Made by a program: the position numbers and the translations under genes. Below, piece after piece: positions 1-8,885 of a stretch of 55,889 nucleotides of DNA. The first letter of the stretch is position 1, and every line of letters starts with the position of its first letter. Origin of the DNA: Candidatus Parcubacteria bacterium (GTDB lineage Bacteria > Patescibacteriota > Minisyncoccia > Phycocordibacterales > JAACPR01). Where the stretch lies: contig JBDLUA010000020.1 of assembly GCA_039805545.1 (NCBI GenBank), positions 1 to 55,889 on the forward strand. The letters run 5' to 3'. The notes below the pieces were generated by a model that did no database searches, was not told where the DNA came from, and saw only the letters and a list, made by a program, of their open reading frames with translations.

Positions 1-1
1 T

Positions 2-625
2 AACAGTAAAGAATGTGTTGTCGTTGGAGTCTGTGATGTTGAACAGGTTAGCAACCTGTCCTGCAGCACCTTTGATGGTGAGTACTGCTTTGTTCACTGC
101 AGTTGAAAGCATTGAGACAAGTGTGTTTGCAAAAGATGTAGTTGTTCCAAATGAAGAGTCTTGTGTACCTGATACTCTTGATGCGATTTGTGAAAAAGCA
201 GTTGAGGAGAGTTGTGAACGAGGTGCGAGTGTTTCGAATGTATTATTGTCTGATGATACTTCAACTTGCAGATATACAGGATTGTTTGAATTGAAGTCAT
301 AATCAAGTGTATCTGGATATCCATTACTTGTGTCTCCGATTAATACAGAGAAAGAACCCTGCTTCACGGTGAGTGTTGTGGGTTGTGGAGCTGCTGTGGG
401 CCATACTTTGTTTCCTTGTCCTGGTGTTGGATCATCCCAGAGTGAGAATTTGAAGTAGTATGGTGTTCCTCCTCCCCCAAGTGGGTTTCCTCCTGTGTCT
501 GTGAGGAGACCGGTGTATGAGAGATGGGAGGGTGTGCCGGCGGCAAAAGAAAAAACAGGTACACCTAAAAAAAGAAAGATAAGAAGAGTTGCGAGTATAT
601 ATTTCTTTATTATATTTTTAAACAT
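2..625 (-). CDS. Large secreted/surface protein, N-terminal part (runs off the window start)
   Basis: Not in the ORF track. Manual translation from the ATG at 625 gives MFKNIIKKYILATLLIFLFLGVPVFSFAAGTPSHLSYTGLLTDTGGNPLGGGGTPYYFKFSLWDD..., open to the window edge. Signal peptide followed by the 'SY(Q/T)G.LTD..GNP' N-terminal domain typical of large CPR surface proteins. Confidence 0.85.
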   Translation of the reverse strand, partial: MFKNIIKKYILATLLIFLFLGVPVFSFAAGTPSHLSYTGLLTDTGGNPLGGGGTPYYFKFSLWDDPTPGQGNKVWPTAAPQPTTLTVKQGSFSVLIGDTSNGYPDTLDYDFNSNNPVYLQVEVSSDNNTFETLAPRSQLSSTAFSQIASRVSGTQDSSFGTTTSFANTLVSMLSTAVNKAVLTIKGAAGQVANLFNITDSNDNTFFTV

Positions 626-628
626 ACT

Positions 629-1717
629 TTATTTTTCTAATTTTATTGCACGGATTTTTTCTTCTTTTTTTACAAGATTAAATTCAAAAAATGAACTCAG
701 TAAATTTGAAGCAGTGTCTGTTACAGAAGTTAAAGTAGATTGTACCGAAGCAGTGTTTGAACTTATGTTATAAGAAATCAAAGAGAAACCCTTTAAAATT
801 TTATTTTTAATTTCACCTAAAAGTCCACCTTGCGCATCTTCTTTTGCATATTCAAAACCTCCAACAACATTTGACATGTATACTTTTGGGTATACGAGAC
901 TGTCATCAACTTTTTCTTTTAAATTCAGATTAAAAATATCAGAATATCTATGTAAAATATCTACACTTCCAAATAAAAAACTTTCTCCAACAAGCTCATA
1001 CCCTCTCAAAACAGTTGCTCCCATTGTATGTAATTGAAGCATTGATTGATACCCTGCTTCACCTTGCAAAGAATAGAGAGTTAAATATCCTGACCCTATA
1101 TTGTGTAGTGATACATATACTGCTTCTGGCAATTGACCAATTATTGTAAACAATTCCCAATATCCATCTGCTAGATATTGAGCTGAAGCCAGTACATTCA
1201 TTGTAGGTTCAACTACTGTAGACTGAGCGTAAATAGTTTTTTGAATTCCCTCTTCAATAGAATTTGAAATATCTTTATATGATAAATCATAAGATAATGT
1301 AGAAAAATCTTTTGGACCAGAAAAAACATTTTGAGCAAAAACAAATAGTAAAAGAGCTCCAAGCGCAATAAGTTGTTTTGGCATTGAAAATGAGAGTTTT
1401 TCTTGAACAGGTATCTTATATACAGGTTCTTCTATTGTTGTTTTTTGGATTTCTCTCGCTTCTCGCTTTCGTGCCTCTGCTTCTTTTCGTATTTGTGAGA
1501 ATTTTTTTGATAGTTCTTTCTTTTTTTCTTGAAGAAAAACCTCATGACGAGCCTTAAATGCATCCAATTCTTCTTGAGTCACATACCATTCTCTTCCCTT
1601 TTGTACCCCAACCATTCGTCCTTGCCTACAAAGACGGGAAATATAATCATGAGTATATCCTAAAATAGCTCCAGCATCATGAGAAGAAAGTAGTTTGTTA
1701 TCAGTACGTGTATCCAT
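629..1717 (-). CDS. Helix-turn-helix (excisionase/HTH_17-like) domain membrane protein
   Basis: N-terminal LLSSHDAGAILGYTHDYISRLCRQGRMVGVQKGREWYV, then a charged coiled segment and a TM helix (LIALGALLLFVFA). Confidence 0.75.
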   Translation of the reverse strand: MDTRTDNKLLSSHDAGAILGYTHDYISRLCRQGRMVGVQKGREWYVTQEELDAFKARHEVFLQEKKKELSKKFSQIRKEAEARKREAREIQKTTIEEPVYKIPVQEKLSFSMPKQLIALGALLLFVFAQNVFSGPKDFSTLSYDLSYKDISNSIEEGIQKTIYAQSTVVEPTMNVLASAQYLADGYWELFTIIGQLPEAVYVSLHNIGSGYLTLYSLQGEAGYQSMLQLHTMGATVLRGYELVGESFLFGSVDILHRYSDIFNLNLKEKVDDSLVYPKVYMSNVVGGFEYAKEDAQGGLLGEIKNKILKGFSLISYNISSNTASVQSTLTSVTDTASNLLSSFFEFNLVKKEEKIRAIKLEK

Positions 1718-1787
1718 TACATATATTGTAACAAAATTTTGAAGAAAAAAGTGAAATAGCTTTTATTTTTGTGGATAGTTCGTTCAA

Positions 1788-1818
1788 AAAGTGGCGGCCC
1801 CTGCGGGGCCGCCACTTT
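1788..1818. terminator. GC-rich hairpin / intrinsic terminator
   Basis: AAAGTGGCGGCCCC-TGC-GGGGCCGCCACTTT immediately after the M50 protease stop. Confidence 0.8.
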
Positions 1819-1819
1819 C

Positions 1820-2443
1820 TTATAAAATTTTTATTCCTACCAATAACTCAACAACAGAAATCACTCCCATAAAAATAGGATCCCAAAGAAACAAAACAAA
1901 AAATAAAACAATCAAAAGACCAAATCGTTGTGAAAAGTATTCGAATCTATCTGCAAGATGTTGTGGGAGCAAAAGAGCAACGATTCGATACCCATCAAGT
2001 GGAGGCACAGGCATTAAATTGAAACATGCAAGAACTGTATTAATCAGTATAACCACTAGGGACAATTCAATAAATGTAGAGCTTAATCCTAAATTTCCAG
2101 ATAGACGAACTAATACAATAAAAATGCTCGCAATAAAAATATTTGAAAGAGGTCCAGCGAAAGCAGTTGCGAATTCACCTAATTTACGATTCTTAAAATT
2201 ATAAGGATTAATAGGGACAGGCTTTGCCCAACCAAGAATCAAGCCTCCTGGCAAAAGAGACATGATAAAAGGAAGAATAATAGAACCAATAGGGTCTATA
2301 TGTTTTAAAGGATTAAAAGTTAATCTTTCCTGATATTTGGCGGTCAAATCACCAAATCTATAGGCAATATAACCATGGGATACCTCATGTACGACTACCG
2401 AAAATACAAGAACAATGATTGAAAATATGGTTATTGCTGTCAT
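1820..2443 (-). CDS. Site-2 protease family (M50) membrane metalloprotease
   Basis: HEVSH zinc motif, NPLKHIDPIG, GWAKPVP, AGPLSN and FNLMPVPPLDG motifs. Confidence 0.93.
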   Translation of the reverse strand: MTAITIFSIIVLVFSVVVHEVSHGYIAYRFGDLTAKYQERLTFNPLKHIDPIGSIILPFIMSLLPGGLILGWAKPVPINPYNFKNRKLGEFATAFAGPLSNIFIASIFIVLVRLSGNLGLSSTFIELSLVVILINTVLACFNLMPVPPLDGYRIVALLLPQHLADRFEYFSQRFGLLIVLFFVLFLWDPIFMGVISVVELLVGIKIL

Positions 2444-2499
2444 AGTTATTGCATTATAAAAGAATTATGGTAACATAGCAAAACATAACTAAATCAAAT

Positions 2500-2742
2500 A
2501 TGAAAGTTTGTCCAATCACAAAAAGTAAATCTCAAGTAGGAGGTGGGTACTCAAACCGAACTCGAGCAACTCAGTTCAACCCATCAGGAAAGAGACGACG
2601 ACAAGTAAATCTTCAAGATAAGAAGGTTTTTGTTCCTGAACTCGGAAAGGCAGTTAAAGTAACTGTATCAACACGGGGTCTCAAAACTATAAAGAAGAAC
2701 GGAGCATACGCCACTTTGAAAAAAGCGGGCTTGATCAAATAA
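2500..2742 (+). CDS. rpmB: 50S ribosomal protein L28
   Basis: KVCPITK...SNRTRAT...KRRRQVNLQ...VKVTVSTRGLKTI, basic 80 aa protein. Confidence 0.92.
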   Translation: MKVCPITKSKSQVGGGYSNRTRATQFNPSGKRRRQVNLQDKKVFVPELGKAVKVTVSTRGLKTIKKNGAYATLKKAGLIK

Positions 2743-3588
2743 CTTTTTAACCTCAACAGAGGTTCCATCAGAGGCGGCCACGATAGTGGCCGCCTCTTTT
2801 GTTGACCAAACAGTTGATGAAGCGGCCTGAAGTCGAGTAATTACATCGGGTGCGGGATGTCCGTATTTATTCTCTCCTACAGATATTAGGGCGTATTTTG
2901 GTTTTATTTTTTGTAAAAAAGATTGATCACTCGAATATTTAGAACCATGATGTGCAACCTTTAATACATCGATTGACATAGAAATATACTTTGTAATTGT
3001 TGACTCAATTGCACTACTAATATCTCCTGTAAACAAAAATGTTGTATCACCATATGTAAGCAATCCTACTAACGAACAATCGTTTTCATTTTTATATGTT
3101 TCAAAACAATTTGAATCCGGATTGATAATTTTAAAACTATTTTGTATTTGAGTACCAAAAGTAAAAGTATCACCTAGTTTTAAAACCTCCACTATCGCAT
3201 GTTCTTCTTCTAATCTTTTTAAAATAGTTTGCTCGACTTCTATTTTTCCAAAAAATTCACTCACAAAAACTTTTTTAACCTTATATCTATCTAGAATATC
3301 CATCATTGCACCCACATGATCAAGATCTCCATGTGTAAGCAATACATAATCAATTGTTTTGTTGTACCACGGCAAAACTTTATCAAGCGATTGAAACACT
3401 TTTGAATCTTTACCTGTATCGATAAGTAAGTACTCTCCTGTTGGATATCGTATAAGTGCCGAATCCCCTTGTCCAACATCAAGAAAATACACTCTGAGTT
3501 TAGAATCTGAAGGAGAAAGTGTAAGAAATTGAAAAAAAGTAAGAATAAGCAAGCCAATTGCTGATGAGTAAATATAATGCTTTTTCAT
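2668..3588 (-). CDS. ComEC/Rec2-related metallo-beta-lactamase-fold protein
   Basis: FLDVGQGDS, LIDTG, LTHGDLDHVG, FLFTGD, LKVAHHGS and NKYGHP motifs; N-terminal TM helix. Confidence 0.92.
   Translation of the reverse strand: MKKHYIYSSAIGLLILTFFQFLTLSPSDSKLRVYFLDVGQGDSALIRYPTGEYLLIDTGKDSKVFQSLDKVLPWYNKTIDYVLLTHGDLDHVGAMMDILDRYKVKKVFVSEFFGKIEVEQTILKRLEEEHAIVEVLKLGDTFTFGTQIQNSFKIINPDSNCFETYKNENDCSLVGLLTYGDTTFLFTGDISSAIESTITKYISMSIDVLKVAHHGSKYSSDQSFLQKIKPKYALISVGENKYGHPAPDVITRLQAASSTVWSTKEAATIVAASDGTSVEVKKLFDQARFFQSGVCSVLLYSFETPC
2770..2800 (+). terminator. Probable rpmB terminator embedded in the convergent ComEC-MBL coding sequence
   Basis: AGAGGCGGCCAC-GATA-GTGGCCGCCTCT followed by TTTGTT, 28 nt after the rpmB stop. 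Confidence 0.7.
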
Positions 3589-3645
3589 ATATCTAGTATA
3601 GCTTACTTGGCTAAATTTTTGATAAATAAATGCTATACTCTACCC

Positions 3646-4239
3646 ATGACACAATTTACAGCAAAACAATTCAATATCAGACCATTACAAGGATTATCAG
3701 AGACTACTATTGTAGAACATATCAAACTCTATGAAGGGTATGTAAAGCATGCAAATCTTATTCTTTCAAAAATAGAATCACTCAAAGGAAATACTGATTC
3801 TGCATACGAGTTAGGCGAAACACGACGAAGATTCGGATTTGAATTTGATGGTATGCGAAATCATGAACTCTACTTTGGTGCGCTTGAAGGTGAAGTAACC
3901 CCTCTTGATTCTTCTTCAAAATTATCAATAAAAATTGCAGAACAATTTGGTTCAATAGAGGCATGGCTTACAGACTTTAAAACTCTTGCAAAAACACGAG
4001 GTATTGGCTGGGCAATTTTATATTATGATAAGAACACAGATTCCCTTCTCAATAGTTGGGTTGATGAACAGCACCTTGGACATCTTGTAGGTCTTACTCC
4101 TATTCTTGCACTTGATATGTGGGAACACTCATTTGTTGCGGATTATCAACCAAGTGGAAAACCACAATACATCGATGATTATCTCGCACAAGTTAATTGG
4201 ACTTTTGTGGAACAAATTTTTGATAGTGTTTCTCGATAA
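3646..4239 (+). CDS. Fe/Mn superoxide dismutase family protein
   Basis: EHIKLYEGYV, NHELYF, GIGWAIL and LALDMWEHSF motifs. Start moved to ATG 3646, which has TGC-TATACT 6 nt upstream. Confidence 0.9.
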   Translation: MTQFTAKQFNIRPLQGLSETTIVEHIKLYEGYVKHANLILSKIESLKGNTDSAYELGETRRRFGFEFDGMRNHELYFGALEGEVTPLDSSSKLSIKIAEQFGSIEAWLTDFKTLAKTRGIGWAILYYDKNTDSLLNSWVDEQHLGHLVGLTPILALDMWEHSFVADYQPSGKPQYIDDYLAQVNWTFVEQIFDSVSR

Positions 4240-5641
4240 ATTCTTTTGTTGTATATCTGTTTTGAAAAAATAAAACAAAACTTAATATAAATACATATAT
4301 CACCGCAACAATATGCGGTGATATTTTGTATTCAATAAAAGGCAAAATTTTTACAAAATCTACAACACCAAAAATATACCGACTGAGTATTTCTAAAATA
4401 AAATGATCTACAAGTACTTGTATTTTTGTTATTGAAAAGACAATCGAAACAGAAGTCAAAAGCATGAAAAATGGGATTATGAAAAGCATAAGCATGTTTG
4501 AAATAATTCCTGCAAAAGAAATTCTTTCTGATAGAAATGTTGTGTATAGGCTCATATATATAAATATCCATAAAATAGTTGAGACATATTCTGGAACTTT
4601 TTTGAAGTTTGGAATAGTAAGAATTGCAAAGGTTGCAAGAAAAGAAAGATGAAACCCAATATCAAATAATGAACTTGGTTTGATAAGTAACATAATAAGT
4701 CCGGCAAGAAAGAGCGTATGAACAGCAGAGGATTTTTGATGAAAGAGTTGTGCAAGAATGAGAATGCTTCCCATGCGAGCGGCGCGGACGACAGAGTCGT
4801 CCGCGCCAACCAACAACACAAATAAAACCACTGCTCCCATCGAGAGAATAACTCTCATATATCTAGGTGCATGTTTAAACAAAATAAAAAACAAAGAAAT
4901 CACAAGCGAAATATTATATCCAGAAACAACAAGAATATGACTTATTCCTGCCTGATTAAAGAGATCTTTTTCATCTTTAGAAAGTTCATCTCTTTCACCT
5001 AATAACATACCGAGAATAAGTGCGCTTGTATGAGAAGAAAACTTTTCTAACACAACACTTCGTATATACATTTTGAATATAAAAAGAGTTTGTTTTATTT
5101 TTCCTAAAAAAGTTTTTTGTAAAACTACTTCATGTTTTGAAATACTTGGATATAAAGAAACATATTGCACACCTATATCTTGATAATACCTTTGCCACTC
5201 CTCACCCTCCTCTCGCACTTCTTTTAAACTTCCTGAAAGTTCTATATGTTCACCATATAAAAATTTTTGATATGGTTGTGTATATATTAATACCTTTGTT
5301 TTTTGATTATCTAAAGAAATAACATATTGATTATTTGAAAATCTATATGAAGGAAACTCAGAGATTACTCCAGTAATTTTTCTTTCTTTCAATATAAAAC
5401 CTGATTCATATATATTTTTTTGATAATTTATTTTTTCTATAAGATATGAAGACAAGAATACTCCAAAAATTAATAGAATAAAAAATGTTGTAAAAGGCTT
5501 TTTTTCTAAAAAAACAATTCGATACAAAAACAAAATACTCGTACAAATTAAAACCAAAAACATATATCCATACATCTTATATGTATACAAAATAGTTATA
5601 CATGTACTAGCAAACAAAAATAATACATAGATATGAATCAT
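4193..5641 (-). CDS. comEC: ComEC/Rec2 competence membrane protein (OB-like + Competence domain)
   Basis: Polytopic; GMLLGER, AGISHILVVSGYNI, SVVRAA.MG and DIGFHLSFLAT motifs. Confidence 0.9.
   Translation of the reverse strand: MIHIYVLFLFASTCITILYTYKMYGYMFLVLICTSILFLYRIVFLEKKPFTTFFILLIFGVFLSSYLIEKINYQKNIYESGFILKERKITGVISEFPSYRFSNNQYVISLDNQKTKVLIYTQPYQKFLYGEHIELSGSLKEVREEGEEWQRYYQDIGVQYVSLYPSISKHEVVLQKTFLGKIKQTLFIFKMYIRSVVLEKFSSHTSALILGMLLGERDELSKDEKDLFNQAGISHILVVSGYNISLVISLFFILFKHAPRYMRVILSMGAVVLFVLLVGADDSVVRAARMGSILILAQLFHQKSSAVHTLFLAGLIMLLIKPSSLFDIGFHLSFLATFAILTIPNFKKVPEYVSTILWIFIYMSLYTTFLSERISFAGIISNMLMLFIIPFFMLLTSVSIVFSITKIQVLVDHFILEILSRYIFGVVDFVKILPFIEYKISPHIVAVIYVFILSFVLFFQNRYTTKEFIEKHYQKFVPQKSN
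4781..4807. repeat. Perfect 12-bp GC-rich inverted repeat inside comEC
   Basis: GGCGCGGACGAC-AGA-GTCGTCCGCGCC in an otherwise very AT-rich gene. Confidence 0.8.
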
Positions 5642-5746
5642 TGTTTCAAAATAACCTATTTTGATTACTTATCTACTTATTAATTTTATTTTTTATATAG
5701 GTATTCTTTGTATTTTAATGATATGCAAAATATACACTTTATAAGA

Positions 5747-5866
5747 ATGAATACGTACATTATAGACTTCGCTACAGAAATGGGTATTTTTGTTTGCTTT
5801 CTTGCGATTGGACTATGTGTGCCGATTGCACGATTAGTAACTGAAATACTTAAGGATAGATGGTAA
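5747..5866 (+). CDS. Putative small membrane protein (39 aa)
   Basis: MNTYIIDFATEMGIFVCFLAIGLCVPIARLVTEILKDRW*; one hydrophobic segment; stop directly followed by a terminator hairpin; alternative in-frame ATG at 5723. Confidence 0.45.
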   Translation: MNTYIIDFATEMGIFVCFLAIGLCVPIARLVTEILKDRW

Positions 5867-5868
5867 AT

Positions 5869-5897
5869 ATAAGCGACGGCCTTCGGCCGTCGCTTAT
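5869..5897. terminator. Bidirectional hairpin terminator (cUUCGg loop)
   Basis: ATAAGCGACGGCC-TTC-GGCCGTCGCTTAT between the small ORF and the convergent rnhA. Confidence 0.8.
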
Positions 5898-5902
5898 TCT
5901 TT

Positions 5903-6607
5903 TTACTTTACTCCCCAACTTCTCTTAATACCCTCCTCATCCTCCTTAGACAACGCTTTTTTATATTTAGCACCCTTTGCCCCCTCTACTCTTTTTTTAC
6001 ATTCATCCCATGTATAATGCACTTGAAAATCTTTTCCTACTAAACTTACATATGAAAACGCCTTGCCTTTTTTTCTATCTTTTTCTTTCTTGGTTCCCAC
6101 ATCAACTCTTGTATGAGAAATATCTACTTCATATCCTTCAATTGGACCATGGTATAGAAATACTTTATCTTCTTTTATAAATCCTGTTGCAATCTCATCT
6201 ACTCGTTCATTTCCTGGGATTCCAGAATGCCCGCTAATTTGAACGAACTTTACATTCACATCCTTGAGTACATCACCCATATCTTTCCATAAATCAACAT
6301 TGGCAATTTGATCACCTGTTTGATTCTTCCAATTTCTTTTTTGCCAACCCTTTATCCAAATAGTTGCACCATTTGCAACATAACTAGAGTCGGTATAAAG
6401 CGTGATAGGTAAATTATTTTTATGTTCTTCGACTACAAATTTAAGTGCTTCAAGAACTGCAGTGAGTTCCATTCTGTTATTTGTTGTTCGTGTTTCTTTG
6501 CCACCAAGTTCTGTCACAGTATCTCCAAAAGATATGATTGAACCCCATCCTCCAGGACCAGGATTCCCACTTGATGCTCCGTCAGTAAAGATTGTTATAT
6601 TTTGCAT
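5903..6607 (-). CDS. rnhA: Ribonuclease HI with C-terminal hybrid-binding (viroplasmin-like) domain
   Basis: FTDGASSGNPGPGGWG, TTNNRMELTA, TDSSYV and GHSGIPGNERVD motifs; C-terminal TWDECKKRVEGAKGAKYKK. Confidence 0.93.
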   Translation of the reverse strand: MQNITIFTDGASSGNPGPGGWGSIISFGDTVTELGGKETRTTNNRMELTAVLEALKFVVEEHKNNLPITLYTDSSYVANGATIWIKGWQKRNWKNQTGDQIANVDLWKDMGDVLKDVNVKFVQISGHSGIPGNERVDEIATGFIKEDKVFLYHGPIEGYEVDISHTRVDVGTKKEKDRKKGKAFSYVSLVGKDFQVHYTWDECKKRVEGAKGAKYKKALSKEDEEGIKRSWGVK

Positions 6608-6621
6608 GAGTATGAGTATAC

Positions 6622-6660
6622 CATAACGAAAGCGGCCGACCCTTCGGGCCGGCCGCTTTT
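6622..6660. terminator. cUUCGg palindrome/terminator; near-identical copy at 10788-10826
   Basis: CATAACGAAAGCGGCCGACCCTTCGGGCCGGCCGCTTTT, 1 mismatch to the copy at 10788. Confidence 0.8.
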
Positions 6661-6667
6661 GACTAAC

Positions 6668-8359
6668 TTATATAACATCCACCAACTTCACCTGTATCGT
6701 AAACCTTCCACCAAAAAAGTTTTTTTCTATATGGCCAACAATTGTCACTTTTTGACCTTCTTCAATTACTTTAAATGATTCATTTGTTTTATAAAATGCA
6801 ATTGCACGAATAATTTCTCCTGTCGATTTTTTAAATGCAATTTCAAAATGATTTTGTGCACTTCCAAAATTTTTAAATGAGTAAACTGTTCCAATAATTG
6901 CAAAAAGAGGTTTTGAATTCGCCATTCCATATGGTGCAAGTTTTTCTACCGAAGTAACAATATCAGAAGTAATTTCATCTATTGTAAGTTCAACATCACA
7001 TTCATATATATGCTCTTTGGGTTGATGTTCATTTAAATATTTTGCCAAAGCATCTTCAAGTTCCCCGACCTTCTCAGGACGAATTACAAATCCTCCTGCT
7101 GCTCCATGTCCTCCGTATTGAGTAAAAAATTCATTTCCAAGATTTTGCATCAATTCATACACACTAATTCCATCCCATGTTCGACACGAACCTTTGAGTT
7201 CTGTTCCGTCACCTCTTCCCCATAGAAAAACTGGTTTATGATGTTCTTCTGCAATCTTCGAACATACAAGTCCTGCGAGTGACGGTTGCCAGTTTGGGTT
7301 TCCATACGCAATTACAGGTAAATTATGTCCTTTATCTTTAATGTGTTTATTAATTTCTTTTACAATCTTAGTTACCTCAACTTTTCTCTTATCATTTATT
7401 CTAAGAAGTTCTCGGGCAGACACATCAGCCTCTTGTTCTGTCTTTGATGTAAGAAGATTATAGGCCAAAATAGGCTCACCCATTCTACTTGCAGCATTAA
7501 TCTTAGGCGTAATTAAGAAACTAATATCATCCTCTGTAATGGACTTTTGATTTACTCTGTTTAAAGAAAAAAGTTTAAGAAGTCCTGGTCGTTGTGTCTT
7601 TTTTAAAACCTCAATTCCATAATATGCAAAAATCCTATTCTCTCCTGTGAGTGGAACCATGTCAGAGATTGTTGCAATTCCAACCATATCAAGAAGCCAT
7701 TTCTCCCATCCTTCATGAATATCAAATCCTCCTTTTGAAATAAGATGTTGAATTACTTTATAGATAACTCCACTTCCACACAGCATCTTCTCAGGATAAT
7801 TACAGTCAACACGTTTTGGATTTACGAGTGCATATGCATTTGGCAAAGTATCCGGAACTTCATGATGATCAGTAATAATTACATCCATTCCAAGACCGTT
7901 TGCGTATTCAACTTCAGAGACGTTTGCGCTTGCGCAGTCAATTGTGATAATAAGTTTTGTCCCTTTGTCTTTGATTGTGTCCAATGCAAATGTATTTAAA
8001 CCAAATCCTTCACGGTTACGATGAGGTATATATACAAAAAAATTCTCATACCCAGCCTTAGTAAAAAATTCACTCATGATTACCGAACCAGGAATCCCAT
8101 CAGCGTCATAATCTCCATAAATACAAATTGTTTCTTCTTTTTGCATTGCTTCAAGTACCCGTGTAACTGCTCTATCAATATCAGCGAGTGATTCGGCAGG
8201 ATGTGAATGTAACTCATAATTTGGATTAAGAAATATATCAGCCTCTGCTGTTTCAGTTACTCCACGATGAAACAACAAATGCGCTACGAGGTCAGAATAT
8301 GAGGATAGCTTTTCCCTCTCAGAGTCAGTCAGTTGTCTTTTTACAGAAATATTGGACAT
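6668..8359 (-). CDS. recJ: Single-stranded-DNA exonuclease RecJ
   Basis: YGDYDADG, PHRNREGFG, ITDHH, GIATISDMVPL and GGHGAAGG (DHH/DHHA1). Confidence 0.96.
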   Translation of the reverse strand: MSNISVKRQLTDSEREKLSSYSDLVAHLLFHRGVTETAEADIFLNPNYELHSHPAESLADIDRAVTRVLEAMQKEETICIYGDYDADGIPGSVIMSEFFTKAGYENFFVYIPHRNREGFGLNTFALDTIKDKGTKLIITIDCASANVSEVEYANGLGMDVIITDHHEVPDTLPNAYALVNPKRVDCNYPEKMLCGSGVIYKVIQHLISKGGFDIHEGWEKWLLDMVGIATISDMVPLTGENRIFAYYGIEVLKKTQRPGLLKLFSLNRVNQKSITEDDISFLITPKINAASRMGEPILAYNLLTSKTEQEADVSARELLRINDKRKVEVTKIVKEINKHIKDKGHNLPVIAYGNPNWQPSLAGLVCSKIAEEHHKPVFLWGRGDGTELKGSCRTWDGISVYELMQNLGNEFFTQYGGHGAAGGFVIRPEKVGELEDALAKYLNEHQPKEHIYECDVELTIDEITSDIVTSVEKLAPYGMANSKPLFAIIGTVYSFKNFGSAQNHFEIAFKKSTGEIIRAIAFYKTNESFKVIEEGQKVTIVGHIEKNFFGGRFTIQVKLVDVI

Positions 8360-8421
8360 TGGGGTATTGTATCAGATTAAAAGGTCTTATGGACATTCCT
8401 AAATATGGTATAAATAAGCAT

Positions 8422-8829
8422 ATGCAACCCACAATTTTTGAACGAATAATTAACAAAGAAATACCTGCCTCAATAATATATGAAGACGATTTAACTATTG
8501 CAATTCTTGATATACACCCAAAATCACTTGGTCATACACTTGTAATCCCAAAGGTTGTTTCTAAAAATTTACTCGAAATGAATCCCTCATTACTCGGACA
8601 ATATTTCACAGTCGTGCAAAAAGTAGCCCAAGCAGTAAAGGAATCCTTGAATGCAAAAGGATGTGTATTCCTGCTCGACGGACGAGAGGTTGAACATACT
8701 CATACGCACATTATTCCACGATATACAGATACTGAAGTACACTTGGCGGATTCTCAGTCTGTAGCATATACATCATCAGAAGAGATGAATGAGTATGCAA
8801 AGAAGATTAAAGCATACTTAGCTAAATAA
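8422..8829 (+). CDS. HIT family nucleotide hydrolase
   Basis: TIFERIINKEIP, DIHPKSLGHTLVIPK and HTHTHII histidine triad; start moved to ATG 8422. Confidence 0.92.
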   Translation: MQPTIFERIINKEIPASIIYEDDLTIAILDIHPKSLGHTLVIPKVVSKNLLEMNPSLLGQYFTVVQKVAQAVKESLNAKGCVFLLDGREVEHTHTHIIPRYTDTEVHLADSQSVAYTSSEEMNEYAKKIKAYLAK

Positions 8830-8844
8830 AATATAAAGAAATAC

Positions 8845-8877
8845 TAAAGCGGGCGGGCCTTCGGCCCGCCCGCTTTA
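8845..8877. terminator. Bidirectional hairpin terminator (cUUCGg loop)
   Basis: TAAAGCGGGCGGGCC-TTC-GGCCCGCCCGCTTTA between convergent HIT and pgk. Confidence 0.85.
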
Positions 8878-8885
8878 ACATCTCT

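Noticed and set aside
15-773. Track ORFs 15-302, 94-324, 364-564 and 495-773
   Set aside because: Shadows of the real minus-strand secreted-protein gene (2-625) and the gene at 629-1717.
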